Below are positions 21,100-31,835 of a DNA stretch of 64,000 nucleotides, one piece after another; within the stretch, counting starts at the first letter, position 1, and each line of letters starts with the position of its first letter. The position numbers and the translations under genes are program-made. Source of the DNA: Brevundimonas sp. (GTDB lineage Bacteria; Pseudomonadota; Alphaproteobacteria; Caulobacterales; Caulobacteraceae); contig NZ_JAYRPA010000074.1 in NCBI RefSeq assembly GCF_041911375.1, forward strand, positions 36,273 to 100,272, read 5' to 3'. The notes beneath the pieces were generated by a model that did no database searches, was not told the origin of the DNA, and saw only the letters and a list, made by a program, of their open reading frames with translations.

Positions 21100-21866
21100 A
21101 CCCGGATCACCGAGATCAGCCGGCCGAAGTCCGTTTCTCCCCGCTGGAAGGCCCGGCGGTTCGAATAGAAGCGGTCGGCGTCGGCGCAGGTGTCGTGGCC
21201 GGTCCAGACGGCTTGGCGCACCCCGGCTTGCTGCAGTCGCCACAGGACGAAGCCGGGCAGGTCGAACTGGCGCTTGTCGAGGGTCGCCCCCGGGCGGAAG
21301 AAACGGTCGCTGCCGGGATCGTGGTGGGTGAACCTGTCCTGGAAGTCCTGACCAACCTCATAGCTGTCCTGGGCGATGCAGGGGCCGACGACGGCCAGCA
21401 TCCGATGGGGCGCCGCGCCCAGGGCCTCCATAGCCGCGACGGCCGAATGCACGATGCCGCCCAGTGCGCCCTTCCAGCCGGCGTGGACGGCGGCGACGAT
21501 GCGCGTCTCCGGGTCGGCCAGCAGAACCGGCGCGCAGTCGGCGGTCAGGACCGAACACAGCACGCCCGGCTCGGCCGTGACGACGGCGTCGCCCTCGGGT
21601 CGGTCGCCCCGCCAGGGCCCCTCGGCCACGCGGGCGACGGCGGAATGAATCTGATAGCAGCCGTTCAGGTGATCGAGGTCCGCGCCCATTGCTTCAGCGA
21701 CGCGGCGACGGTTCTCGATAACGGCGGCTGGATCGTCATTGGAGCCGACGCCGGTGTTCAGCCCTTCGTAAACGCCGGACGAGATTCCCCCCGCCCGCGT
21801 GAAGAAGCCGTGGGCGATGCCGGCCGCGCTCAGCAGCGGGTGGGTGATGGGGGTAGGCGGGGTCAT
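21096..21866 (-). CDS. pgeF: YfiH/PgeF-family laccase-domain protein (peptidoglycan editing factor / purine nucleoside phosphorylase family)
   Basis: ORF 21096..21875 (Met at 21866 or 21875). Motifs are IAHGFFTR, GDAVVT, LTADCAPVLL and AAVHAGWKG. Its stop overlaps the lpxC stop. Confidence 0.85.
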   Translation of the reverse strand: MTPPTPITHPLLSAAGIAHGFFTRAGGISSGVYEGLNTGVGSNDDPAAVIENRRRVAEAMGADLDHLNGCYQIHSAVARVAEGPWRGDRPEGDAVVTAEPGVLCSVLTADCAPVLLADPETRIVAAVHAGWKGALGGIVHSAVAAMEALGAAPHRMLAVVGPCIAQDSYEVGQDFQDRFTHHDPGSDRFFRPGATLDKRQFDLPGFVLWRLQQAGVRQAVWTGHDTCADADRFYSNRRAFQRGETDFGRLISVIRV

Positions 21867-22936
21867 GCGTCCCATCCGGGCGCGACCAGCGAATGGGGCG
21901 AGAAGATAGCGGCGGCCTTGAACAGGGTTCCCATCTGGTCCTCGGCGGTCAGGCGGTTCAACTGGCGCTCGATCACCGGCGCGGCGTCCGGGCGTCCCCG
22001 CTTCAAGGCTTCGGCGCGATGTTCGATCCCCAGTCGCTTGAGGAATTCGCCCTGGCCCAGGCAGCCGGTCACGTCGGCGCCGGCGCGGACGGCGGCTTCA
22101 AGCACGGTCGGAAAGTCGGCCCACTGGGTCAGATCGGTCTGCCCCGGCGCGTCCAGCGGATCGACCTTTGCATGGCGGCGCAGGGCCTGAAGCGTGTCGC
22201 CGGCCTCGGGCCGCGCGCGGCCGTAGTCGATCAACAGGGCCGCGCCGGACGCCGCACGCACCAGGGCGCCCAGGTCGCGGCCGAAGGCGGCCTGCTGATC
22301 CGAAATCTCGACCGTCTGGCCCGCCTGAACCTCGAACGCCGGGCGGACGAACCCGCCGGTGATCGCCGACAGGCCGAACACCAGGTCGTTCTCGTCGGTG
22401 ACGCCGATGCGCCGCTCGAACCAGCCGTCGTCGGTGCGCACGAACTGGCGCGCGGGCAGGCAGTCCAGAACCTCGTTGGCGATCAGCACGACGGGGGCGT
22501 CGATTTCCACCTGGGTCAGGTCGCGCACCCAGCGCGGGGCGACGTCGGCCCCCGCCAGCGCCCGCGCCTGCAGATCGCGCAACGGCCCGCTGGGTTCGAT
22601 CAGGATCAGATCGACCGCCTCCAGAAAGCCCGGCGCCAGGCGGGCGGCGCGCAGGACGTCGCTCATCAGCGTACCGTCGCCGGGACCGACCTCGACCAGC
22701 CGCAGCCGCTCGGGCGCGCCCAGACGGTTCCAGGTCTCCACCGCCCACAGACCGATCAACTCGCCGAACATCTGGCTGACCAGGGGAGCGGTGATGAAGT
22801 CGCCGCCTTCCCCCAGCGACGGCCGGGTGGCGTAATAGCCGTCCTGCGGATCGTGCAGGCAGCGGGTCACATAGTCGGCCACCGTCATCGGCCCGGTCAG
22901 GGCGATTTCGCGCGCCAGCCTGGCCTTCAGGCTCAT
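21863..22936 (-). CDS. MidA/NDUFAF7-like SAM-dependent methyltransferase (DUF185)
   Basis: Inner part of ORF 21863..23155. The start MSLKARLAREIALTGPMTVADYV at 22936 is in frame. Motifs are GDFITAPLVSQMFGELIG and VEVGPGDGTLM. The ATGA junction overlaps the lgt stop. Confidence 0.8.
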   Translation of the reverse strand: MSLKARLAREIALTGPMTVADYVTRCLHDPQDGYYATRPSLGEGGDFITAPLVSQMFGELIGLWAVETWNRLGAPERLRLVEVGPGDGTLMSDVLRAARLAPGFLEAVDLILIEPSGPLRDLQARALAGADVAPRWVRDLTQVEIDAPVVLIANEVLDCLPARQFVRTDDGWFERRIGVTDENDLVFGLSAITGGFVRPAFEVQAGQTVEISDQQAAFGRDLGALVRAASGAALLIDYGRARPEAGDTLQALRRHAKVDPLDAPGQTDLTQWADFPTVLEAAVRAGADVTGCLGQGEFLKRLGIEHRAEALKRGRPDAAPVIERQLNRLTAEDQMGTLFKAAAIFSPHSLVAPGWDA

Positions 22937-23799
22937 GCGACGACGGGCGGGCGGCTCCGGGCCCGCCAGATCAGCCACAGACCGACCAGGACCATCGGAA
23001 TCGACAGCATCATACCCATCGTCAGTCCCAGCGGGAAGTCGGGCATGCCGTAGTCCGGCTCGCGCACATTCTCCAGCAGGGCGCGGCAGACGCCGTAGCC
23101 GACCAGGAACAGGCCGGTGACATAGCCCGGCTTCATCAGCAGCCGCCCCTTCCACACCGCCAGCGACAGCAGGCCGAACAGGACGATTCCCTCCAGCCCC
23201 GCCTCATAGAGTTGGCTGGGATGGCGCGGCGCGTCGCCGGCCGGGCAGAATCCGTACATCTGCTGAATGCGGTCGTTGCAGAAGCGAATGGCCCAGGGGA
23301 CCGTCGTCTCGCGGCCCCACAGCTCGCCATTGATGAAGTTGGCCAGTCGGCCGAAGCCCAGGCCGATGGGCACCACCGGCGCCACCAGATCGCCGATCCG
23401 CAGCATGTCGATCTTCTGCGCGCGCGAGAACAGGACGATGGCCAGGGCCACGCCCAGGAAGCCGCCATGGAAGCTCATGCCGCCGGTCCAGAGCTGGAAC
23501 AGTTCGAACCGTTCGCCCAGGGTGTCGCCCGTGAACAGCTGGGCGTACATCACCGGCTTGTAGAACAGGGCGTAGCCCAGCCGCCCGCCCAGTATGATGC
23601 CCAGGACGATCCACAGCACCAGATCGTCCAGTTGGGTCGGCGTCACCGGCGGCCGCCCGCCCCACAGCCGGGCCGTCTTCACCAGTCGGGTGGCGTACCA
23701 CCAGCCCAGCACGATCCCCGCCACATAGGCCAGGGCGTACCACCGGATCGGCAGGGGGCCGAGATGGATCAGGACCGGGTCGAATTCGGGAAAGGGCAA
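22933..23799 (-). CDS. lgt: Prolipoprotein diacylglyceryl transferase
   Basis: ORF 22933..23799 has IRWYALAYVAGIVLGWW, GGMSFHGGFLG, GRLANFINGELWGR and HPSQLYEA. Confidence 0.93.
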   Translation of the reverse strand: MPFPEFDPVLIHLGPLPIRWYALAYVAGIVLGWWYATRLVKTARLWGGRPPVTPTQLDDLVLWIVLGIILGGRLGYALFYKPVMYAQLFTGDTLGERFELFQLWTGGMSFHGGFLGVALAIVLFSRAQKIDMLRIGDLVAPVVPIGLGFGRLANFINGELWGRETTVPWAIRFCNDRIQQMYGFCPAGDAPRHPSQLYEAGLEGIVLFGLLSLAVWKGRLLMKPGYVTGLFLVGYGVCRALLENVREPDYGMPDFPLGLTMGMMLSIPMVLVGLWLIWRARSRPPVVA

Positions 23800-23899
23800 G
23801 TCGCACCTCGAAGCTGGATCGCCGCCCGCTTTAGCAAGCGTCGCCGCCTCCGTCGCCTGCGAAGGTGACGGCTTGTTGGCGGGCGGCTAGGCTCGCGTC

Positions 23900-25207
23900 A
23901 TGTCCGAACCCGAGAACGAGACCCAGACCGCCCGCGCCCGATGGTCCCTGATCGGACCAGGCATCGTGGTGGCGGCCACTGGCGTCGGCGCCGGCGACCT
24001 GGTCGCCACCCTGATCGCGGGTTCGCGCTTCGGCTACGCCCTGCTGTGGGCCGCGCTGGCCGGGACCGTGATCAAGATCGCCCTGGCCGAGGGCGTGGGG
24101 CGCTGGACCCTGGCCAGCGGCCGGACGATCTTCGACGGCTGGTCCTCGCTGGGCGGCGGCTGGCCCATTCCCGGGACGGGCGGAAGGCTGAACTGGGCCG
24201 GCGTCTATTTCGGCCTCTATGTGGTGCTGTGGGGGTTCGTCTACGGCGCGGCGGCGATGACGGCGACGGCCCTGCCGCTGGCGGCTCTGTTCGGCGGCGA
24301 CCTGAAGGTCTGGGGCATGCTCGGCGGGCTGATGGGGCTGGGGCTGGTCTGGTTCGGAGGCTATGGACTGTTCGAGAAGGTGATGACGGGCCTGGTCGGC
24401 CTGATGTTCATCACCGTGGTCGGCCTGGCGATCATCGTCGCGCCGAGCCTTCCGGCGATGGCGACCGGTCTGTGGCCAAGCCTGCCTGACGGATCGGTCT
24501 TCTACACCCTGGGTCTGATCGGCGGGGTCGGCGGCACCGTCACCATGGCGGCCTACGGCTATTGGGTGAACGCCAAGGGCTGGCGCGGCCCGGGCTGGAT
24601 GCGGGTGATGCGGCTGGACAACAGGGTGGCCTATGTCGTCACCGGCGTGTTCGTGATCGCCATGCTGATCGTGGGCGCGGAACTGCTGTATTCGGCGGGC
24701 ATCGCCCTGCGAAGCGGCGAGCGGGGCCTGCTGGATCTGGACGAGGTGCTGCGTGACCGGTTCGGGCGGCCGATCTCCATCCTGTTTCTGCTGGGCTTCT
24801 GGGCCACCAGCTTCTCCAGCCTGATCGGCGTATGGCAGGGGGTCAGCCTCATGTTCGCGGACTTCTTCGGCCACGTCGCGGGGCGCTCGCGCGGACTGGC
24901 GCGCGGCATCGCTGGACAGGGGCCGGCGGAGAAGACCCGGCCGTTCCGCGCCTACGCCCTGTGGCTGACCTTTCCGCCCATGCTCCTGCTGTTCATGGAC
25001 CGACCGTTCGGCCTGATCATCGCCTATGGCGTGCTGGGCAGCCTGTTCATGCCCTTCCTGGCGGGCACGCTGATCTGGCTGCTGAACAGCGACCGAACAC
25101 CGCGTGAGTGGCGCAGCGGCTGGGTCTCAAACCTGCTCCTGGGCGCGGCGGCGCTGCTGTTCGCGGTGCTGGCGGGCAATGAACTGGTCGGCCTGCTTCG
25201 ACCGTAG
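23900..25207 (+). CDS. Nramp-superfamily (LeuT-fold) membrane transporter with a non-canonical binding-site motif
   Basis: ORF 23900..25207 is multi-TM. Its TM1 region GPGIVVAATGVGAGDLVATLIAGSRFGYALLW aligns without gaps to MntH [32 protein letters not shown], but DPGN is replaced by GAGD. Confidence 0.7.
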   Translation: MSEPENETQTARARWSLIGPGIVVAATGVGAGDLVATLIAGSRFGYALLWAALAGTVIKIALAEGVGRWTLASGRTIFDGWSSLGGGWPIPGTGGRLNWAGVYFGLYVVLWGFVYGAAAMTATALPLAALFGGDLKVWGMLGGLMGLGLVWFGGYGLFEKVMTGLVGLMFITVVGLAIIVAPSLPAMATGLWPSLPDGSVFYTLGLIGGVGGTVTMAAYGYWVNAKGWRGPGWMRVMRLDNRVAYVVTGVFVIAMLIVGAELLYSAGIALRSGERGLLDLDEVLRDRFGRPISILFLLGFWATSFSSLIGVWQGVSLMFADFFGHVAGRSRGLARGIAGQGPAEKTRPFRAYALWLTFPPMLLLFMDRPFGLIIAYGVLGSLFMPFLAGTLIWLLNSDRTPREWRSGWVSNLLLGAAALLFAVLAGNELVGLLRP

Positions 25208-25423
25208 GCGGCGTGATCCTCGTCAATGATAGTTCAGGCGGACGAGACCCTGTTGGCGGGCCGTCGTTGCGACGGGAGGCGGGCCTGACGACCGCCCGTG
25301 CACGGCCGAGATCAAGGACTGACGCCGGCCCCTTGGCCTCCCATTATCGGCCCGGCTTGCCGTAGGGGAGGCTTTCGCCTACCCCTCCCGGCTCGATTCC
25401 AGGACGATGACGGACGAAACCGC

Positions 25424-26368
25424 ATGACCCTCGCGCTTCTTTTCCCCGGACAGGGCAGCCAGGCCGTCGGCATGGGCGCGGCGCTGGCCGACGCCTTCCA
25501 GTCCGCCCGCGACGTTTTCGCCGAGGTGGATGAGGCCCTGGGTCAGAAACTGTCGGTCCTGATGCGTGAGGGGCCGGAGGATCAGCTGACCCTGACCGAG
25601 AACGCCCAGCCGGCGCTGATGGCGGTTTCCGTTGCGGCGGTCAGGGCGCTGAAGGTCGAGTTCGGCTTCGACGCGGCGGCGGCGGCCTATGTGGCCGGCC
25701 ATTCGCTGGGTGAATATTCGGCGCTGGCGGCGGCGGGCGCCCTTTCGCTGTCGGACACCGCGCGGCTTCTGAAACTGCGTGGTCAGGCGATGCAGCGGGC
25801 CGTGCCGGTCGGCAAGGGGGCGATGGCCTCGCTGATCGGGCCCAAGACCGACCTGGCCCTGGCCGAGGCGGCCGCGGCGGCCGGCTCGGAAGTCGGCGTC
25901 TGTGTCGTCGCCAATGACAACAACGCCGGCAACATCGTCATCTCGGGCGACAAGGCGGCGGTGGACCGCGCCATCGAAAAGGCCAAGGAACTGGGCGCGC
26001 GGGCGATCCCGCTGAACGTCTCGGCGCCCTTCCACTGCCCGCTGATGCAGGCGGCGGCGGACGAAATGGCCGCCGCCCTGGCCTCGGCGACGATCGTCGC
26101 GCCCGCCGTCCCGGTGATCGCCAACGTCACCGCCCGGCCCGAGCGCGATCCGGAAGCGATCCGACGCCTGTTGGTGGAACAGGTCACTGGCCGCGTGCGC
26201 TGGCGCGAAAGCATGGAATGGATGGCGACCAAAGGCGGCGTGACGCGCTTCGTCGAGGTCGGTTCGGGCAAGGTGCTGACCGGCATGGCCAAGCGCATCG
26301 CGCCGGACGCCGAGAGCCTGCCGCTGAATACGCCGGAAGAGTTGGAAGCGTTCGCAAAGTCGCTCTGA
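25424..26368 (+). CDS. fabD: Malonyl-CoA:ACP transacylase
   Basis: In frame within ORF 25298..26368, starting MTLALLFPGQGSQAVGMG, with the active site GHSLGEYSAL. Confidence 0.93.
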   Translation: MTLALLFPGQGSQAVGMGAALADAFQSARDVFAEVDEALGQKLSVLMREGPEDQLTLTENAQPALMAVSVAAVRALKVEFGFDAAAAAYVAGHSLGEYSALAAAGALSLSDTARLLKLRGQAMQRAVPVGKGAMASLIGPKTDLALAEAAAAAGSEVGVCVVANDNNAGNIVISGDKAAVDRAIEKAKELGARAIPLNVSAPFHCPLMQAAADEMAAALASATIVAPAVPVIANVTARPERDPEAIRRLLVEQVTGRVRWRESMEWMATKGGVTRFVEVGSGKVLTGMAKRIAPDAESLPLNTPEELEAFAKSL

Positions 26369-26383
26369 GAATAGGGAAACAGG

Positions 26384-27124
26384 ATGTTCAATCTCGCAGG
26401 CAAGACCGCGCTGGTGACCGGCGCGACGGGCGGCATCGGCGGCGCGGTCGCGCGGGCGCTGCACGCGCAAGCGGCGACCGTGGTGCTGTCGGGCACGCGC
26501 GAAGCCGTGCTGGCCGATCTGGCGAAGGAACTGGGCGAGCGCGCCCATTTCGCCGCCGCCAACCTGTCGGAGCCGGAATCCGTCGACGGCCTTGTCGCGG
26601 CGGCCGAGGCGGCGGCGGGCGCGCCGCTGGACATCCTGGTGGCCAATGCGGGGATCACGCGGGATGGGCTGCTGATGCGCATGAAGGATGAGGACTTCCA
26701 GTCCGTCCTGGCCGTCAATCTGGAAAGCTATTTCCGCCTGACCCGCGCGGCGGTGAAGGGCATGATGAAGCGCCGCGCCGGCCGCATCATCGGCGTGACC
26801 TCGGTCGTGGGCGTCACCGGCAATCCGGGCCAGACCAACTATTCGGCCTCCAAGGCCGGCATGATCGGCTTCTCCAAGTCGCTGGCCCAGGAAGTCGGGT
26901 CGCGGGGCATCACCGTCAACTGCATCGCGCCGGGCTTCATCGCCTCGCCGATGACCGACGTGCTGAACGAGCAGCAGCGCGAAACCATCCTGTCCAAGAT
27001 TCCCGCCGGCCGGCTGGGCACTGGCGACGAGATCGCGGCCGCCGCCGTCTATCTGTCTTCGGACGAAGCCGCCTATGTCACGGGCCAGACGCTGCACGTG
27101 AACGGCGGCATGGCGATGATCTGA
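26384..27124 (+). CDS. fabG: 3-oxoacyl-ACP reductase
   Basis: ORF 26384..27124 has SDR motifs TGATGGIG, NAGITRD and YSASKAG. Confidence 0.93.
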   Translation: MFNLAGKTALVTGATGGIGGAVARALHAQAATVVLSGTREAVLADLAKELGERAHFAAANLSEPESVDGLVAAAEAAAGAPLDILVANAGITRDGLLMRMKDEDFQSVLAVNLESYFRLTRAAVKGMMKRRAGRIIGVTSVVGVTGNPGQTNYSASKAGMIGFSKSLAQEVGSRGITVNCIAPGFIASPMTDVLNEQQRETILSKIPAGRLGTGDEIAAAAVYLSSDEAAYVTGQTLHVNGGMAMI

Positions 27125-27294
27125 CCCGATCACGACACGCAACAGACTATTTCCCGCCCCCACGGCTGTGCTAAAGGGCGGGATGCATTGGCGCTTCGAG
27201 CTTTCAGGGCTTGCGTCGCCATCGCTGCCGTGAGACGGCGATTTTTGATGAGACCCCGCCTCTACGGCGCATTTAAACAGGCAGAGAGACACTT

Positions 27295-27534
27295 ATGTCC
27301 GACACCCTCGAGCGCGTTCGCAAGATCGTCATCGACCACCTGGACGCCGATCCGGACAAGGTCACGGAAAAGGCCAGCTTCATCGACGACCTGGGCGCCG
27401 ACTCGCTCGACAACGTCGAGCTGGTGATGGCCTTCGAAGAAGAATTCGACATCGAAATCCCGGACGACGCCGCCGAGCACATCCAGACGGTCGGCGACGC
27501 CGTGAAGTACATCGACGAAAAGTCGGCCGGCTGA
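27295..27534 (+). CDS. acpP: Acyl carrier protein
   Basis: ORF 27295..27534 (79 aa) with the phosphopantetheine site [20 protein letters not shown]. Confidence 0.95.
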   Translation: MSDTLERVRKIVIDHLDADPDKVTEKASFIDDLGADSLDNVELVMAFEEEFDIEIPDDAAEHIQTVGDAVKYIDEKSAG

Positions 27535-27559
27535 TCCCAGCCGCCGATCGGCGATAGTC

Positions 27560-27610
27560 AGGGCCGCCCGGCGCTCCTAGCGGAGACGCCCGGCGGCCTT
27601 TACTGTTTCT
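27560..27610 (+). terminator. Probable terminator/attenuator after acpP
   Basis: A 14-nt arm at 27560-27573 pairs with 27587-27600 with 2 mismatches, followed by a weak T-rich run (TACTGTTTCT). Confidence 0.5.
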
Positions 27611-27664
27611 GGCCCCCGCAGGATTCGCGGGGAACGTGATTGCGAGAGTGAAGGAGCGGGAGCC

Positions 27665-28939
<1,275 letters not shown>

Positions 28940-28940
28940 G

Positions 28941-30122
28941 ATGTTCGGGCGAGGGCGGGTGGAGAAGCCGGGCCGGCGATCGGGACTGACGGTCGCCCTT
29001 CTGACGGGGTCCGCCACCTTCGCCCTGTTCATGATCGTGGCCGTCGTGGCGATATGGAGCGTTTATTACGGCCCCGGCCCGTCGGCGCGTCAGGGCGACA
29101 GCACCGTCGTGACCCTGCCCAGCGGCTCCAGCGTCTCGGCCATAGCGGCCCAGATGAAGGCGGCCGGCGTCATCCGCTCGCCCGATCTATTCAAGGCCGC
29201 CGCCTCGCTGACCGGGGCCGACCGCAAGCTGCGGGCCGGAGAATATGACGTACCGTCTGGAACCTCCCTCGCGGGCGTGTTGCGGCTGATGGTCGAGGGG
29301 CGGGTGGTCCGCCACTTCGTGACCCTTCCGGAAGGCTGGTCCTCGGCCCAGGCGGTGGACATCCTGATGCGGCAGCCGGTGTTGACCGGCGCCGTGACGG
29401 AGACGCCTGAAGAAGGCACGCTTTGGCCCGACACCTATGAGGTCACGCGGGGCGAAAGCCGCCAGTCGGTGATCGAGCGGATGCAGGTCGCGGCCCGCGA
29501 GAACCTTCGCATCCTGTGGGCCCAGCGCGCGCCCGGCACGGTCGCCCGCAATCCGGACGAGGCGCTGATCCTGGCCTCGGTGGTCGAGAAGGAGACGGCC
29601 CTGGCCGCCGAACGCCCGCGCGTCGCCGCCGTCTTCTCCAACCGGCTCCGCCAGGGCATGCGGCTGGAGAGCGACCCGACCATCGTCTACGGCCTGACCA
29701 AGGGCCGGCCGCTGGGCCGCGGCATCCGTCGCTCGGAGCTGACCCAGGCGACGCCGTGGAACACCTATCTGATCGACGGCCTGCCGCCGACGCCGATCGC
29801 CAATCCGGGACGTGAGGCCCTGCGCGCCGTGCTGAACCCGATCGTCGATCCGGCCCTGTTCTTCGTCGCCGACGGCACGGGCGGCCACGCCTTCGCCAAC
29901 ACCTATGAGGAGCATCTGCGCAACGTCGCCCGCTGGCGCCAGATCGAACGCCAGAAGGCCGGACTGCCGCCCGAGGCCCCGGCCCCGGCGGCGCCGGGCA
30001 TGTCGCCGGCGCCGATGACCGATCCGCAGGGCCAGCCCGTCACCGGCGGCCAGGCGACCCTCACACTGCCCGCCGGCGCAAGCCAGGGACCCAACACGGG
30101 CGCGGGAGCAGGGTCGCGATGA
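28941..30122 (+). CDS. mltG: Endolytic peptidoglycan transglycosylase MltG (YceG family)
   Basis: ORF 28941..30122 has an N-terminal TM segment (FALFMIVAVVAIWSV) and a YceG core (ILASVVEKET, TIVYGL, NTYLIDGLPPTPIANPG). About 55 aa of Pro/Ala/Gly-rich C-terminal tail follow, and the stop overlaps the next ATG. Confidence 0.85.
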   Translation: MFGRGRVEKPGRRSGLTVALLTGSATFALFMIVAVVAIWSVYYGPGPSARQGDSTVVTLPSGSSVSAIAAQMKAAGVIRSPDLFKAAASLTGADRKLRAGEYDVPSGTSLAGVLRLMVEGRVVRHFVTLPEGWSSAQAVDILMRQPVLTGAVTETPEEGTLWPDTYEVTRGESRQSVIERMQVAARENLRILWAQRAPGTVARNPDEALILASVVEKETALAAERPRVAAVFSNRLRQGMRLESDPTIVYGLTKGRPLGRGIRRSELTQATPWNTYLIDGLPPTPIANPGREALRAVLNPIVDPALFFVADGTGGHAFANTYEEHLRNVARWRQIERQKAGLPPEAPAPAAPGMSPAPMTDPQGQPVTGGQATLTLPAGASQGPNTGAGAGSR

Positions 30123-31003
30123 CCGCGCTTTCAGGCATGACCGGCTTCGGCCGGGCGGACGGCGCCGCCGACGGCTGGACCTGGTCGGTCGAGGTGCGCT
30201 CGGTCAACGGCCGCAATCTGGAGGTCCGCTATCGCGGGCCCAACGGCTTCGACGACCTGGACCGACTGGCCAAGGCGGCCGGCCAGGCCCGCTTCGCGCG
30301 CGGACAGGTGACGCTGGGTCTGCAGGCGCGCCGCACCGCTGGCGCCGAAGTCGCGGTGACGATCAACGCCCCGCTGCTGGCGCGCTATCTGACCTTGGCC
30401 AATGAACTGGCCGAGGATGGCGCCACGCCCCCTTCCGCTGACGGTCTTCTGGCCCTGCGCGGCGTGATCGAGACACCGGAAGAAGAGAACGATCCCGAGG
30501 CGCGCGCCCTTCTCCAGGCCGCCATGGCCAGGAGCATCGAACAGGCGCTGGACGCCCTGAAGGCCTCTCGCCAGGGCGAAGGCGCCCAGCTGAAGCCGGT
30601 GCTCGAGGATTTCATCGCCCGCATCGAAGCGCTGGTGGCGCAGGCGGAGGGCGAGGCTCAAGCCCAGGTCGAGGCCATCCGCGAGCGGTTCACCCGCCGC
30701 ATCACCGAGCTGGCACCCGAATCGCCGGGCCTTGAGGACCGCATCTTCCTGGAGGCCGCCGCGCTCGCGACCAAGGCGGACGTGCGCGAGGAGCTGGATC
30801 GCCTGACCGCCCACGTCGCCTCGGCCCGTCAGCTGCTGGGCCAGCCGCCCGCGGGGCGGAAACTTGATTTCCTGATGCAGGAATTCATGCGCGAGGCGAA
30901 CACCTTGTGCTCGAAATCCGCTACCACCGCGCTCACCGGAGTCGGCCTCGAACTGAAGGCCGTGATCGAGCAGTTGCGTGAACAGGTCCAGAATGTCGAA
31001 TGA
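30119..31003 (+). CDS. YicC-family stress-induced protein
   Basis: ORF 30119..31003 starts MTALSGMTGFGRADG...WSVEVRSVNGRNLEV and ends KLDFLMQEFMREANTLCSKS...EQLREQVQNVE, the typical YicC N and C domains. Confidence 0.85.
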   Translation: MTALSGMTGFGRADGAADGWTWSVEVRSVNGRNLEVRYRGPNGFDDLDRLAKAAGQARFARGQVTLGLQARRTAGAEVAVTINAPLLARYLTLANELAEDGATPPSADGLLALRGVIETPEEENDPEARALLQAAMARSIEQALDALKASRQGEGAQLKPVLEDFIARIEALVAQAEGEAQAQVEAIRERFTRRITELAPESPGLEDRIFLEAAALATKADVREELDRLTAHVASARQLLGQPPAGRKLDFLMQEFMREANTLCSKSATTALTGVGLELKAVIEQLREQVQNVE

Positions 31004-31634
31004 ACACACGCCCCGGCGGGGCGTCCTTCTGATCGTCGCCAGCCCGTCGGGCGCGGGCAAGACCAGCCTGTGCCGCCGGCTGATGGCGGACCACCGCGGT
31101 CTGGAGCTGTCGGTGTCGATGACGACGCGCGACGTGCGGCCGGGGGAGGTTCCCGGACGCGACTATCACTTCGTCAGCCGTGACGAGTTCCAGCGGCTGA
31201 TCGACGCCGACGCCTTCCTGGAATGGGCGGACGTTCACGGCAATCGCTACGGCAGCCCGCGTGCGCCGGTGGACCGGGCCCTGGCCGAGGGGCGCGACGT
31301 GCTGTTCGACATCGACTGGCAGGGCGCGCGCGACGTGGCCGAGAAATGCCCGGAGGATGCGGTGCGCGTCTTCATCCTGCCCCCCAGCCTGGCCGAACTG
31401 CGCCGCCGCCTGGTGACCCGGTCGCAGGACGCCGAGGACGTCATCGAACGCCGCGTCGCCAACGCCAAGGGCGAGATCGAGCACTGCGACGCCTTCGACT
31501 ATGTGCTGGTGAACGAGGACTTCGACCGGTCGTACGCCGAACTGGCGCACATCTATCACGCCGAACGGTCCAAGCGGTTCCGGAACCTGTGGGTGGAGAA
31601 CTACCGCGCGGCCCTGCTGCGCGAGGTTGTTTGA
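30993..31634 (+). CDS. gmk: Guanylate kinase
   Basis: In frame within ORF 30978..31634, with ATG at 30993 overlapping the yicC end. It has the P-loop SPSGAGKTSL and RDYHFVSRDEF. Confidence 0.92.
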   Translation: MSNEHTPRRGVLLIVASPSGAGKTSLCRRLMADHRGLELSVSMTTRDVRPGEVPGRDYHFVSRDEFQRLIDADAFLEWADVHGNRYGSPRAPVDRALAEGRDVLFDIDWQGARDVAEKCPEDAVRVFILPPSLAELRRRLVTRSQDAEDVIERRVANAKGEIEHCDAFDYVLVNEDFDRSYAELAHIYHAERSKRFRNLWVENYRAALLREVV

Positions 31635-31835
31635 GAGGCGACGCCGCGGGGGTTCGGTGCGACGCCGCCTCGGTACTCAACGCTTTACGCCACGCTACGC
31701 TACTGTCCCGGTTTTCTCCCGGAGTCCTGTTCCAGAGGGTAAAGACGCCTGTACGGGACATTGCCTAGTCGTTCGTCCGCCCCGGATTCATAAGCTGTTC
31801 GCCAACTTCACCTAACGGTAGCGGGCGAATGGGGG

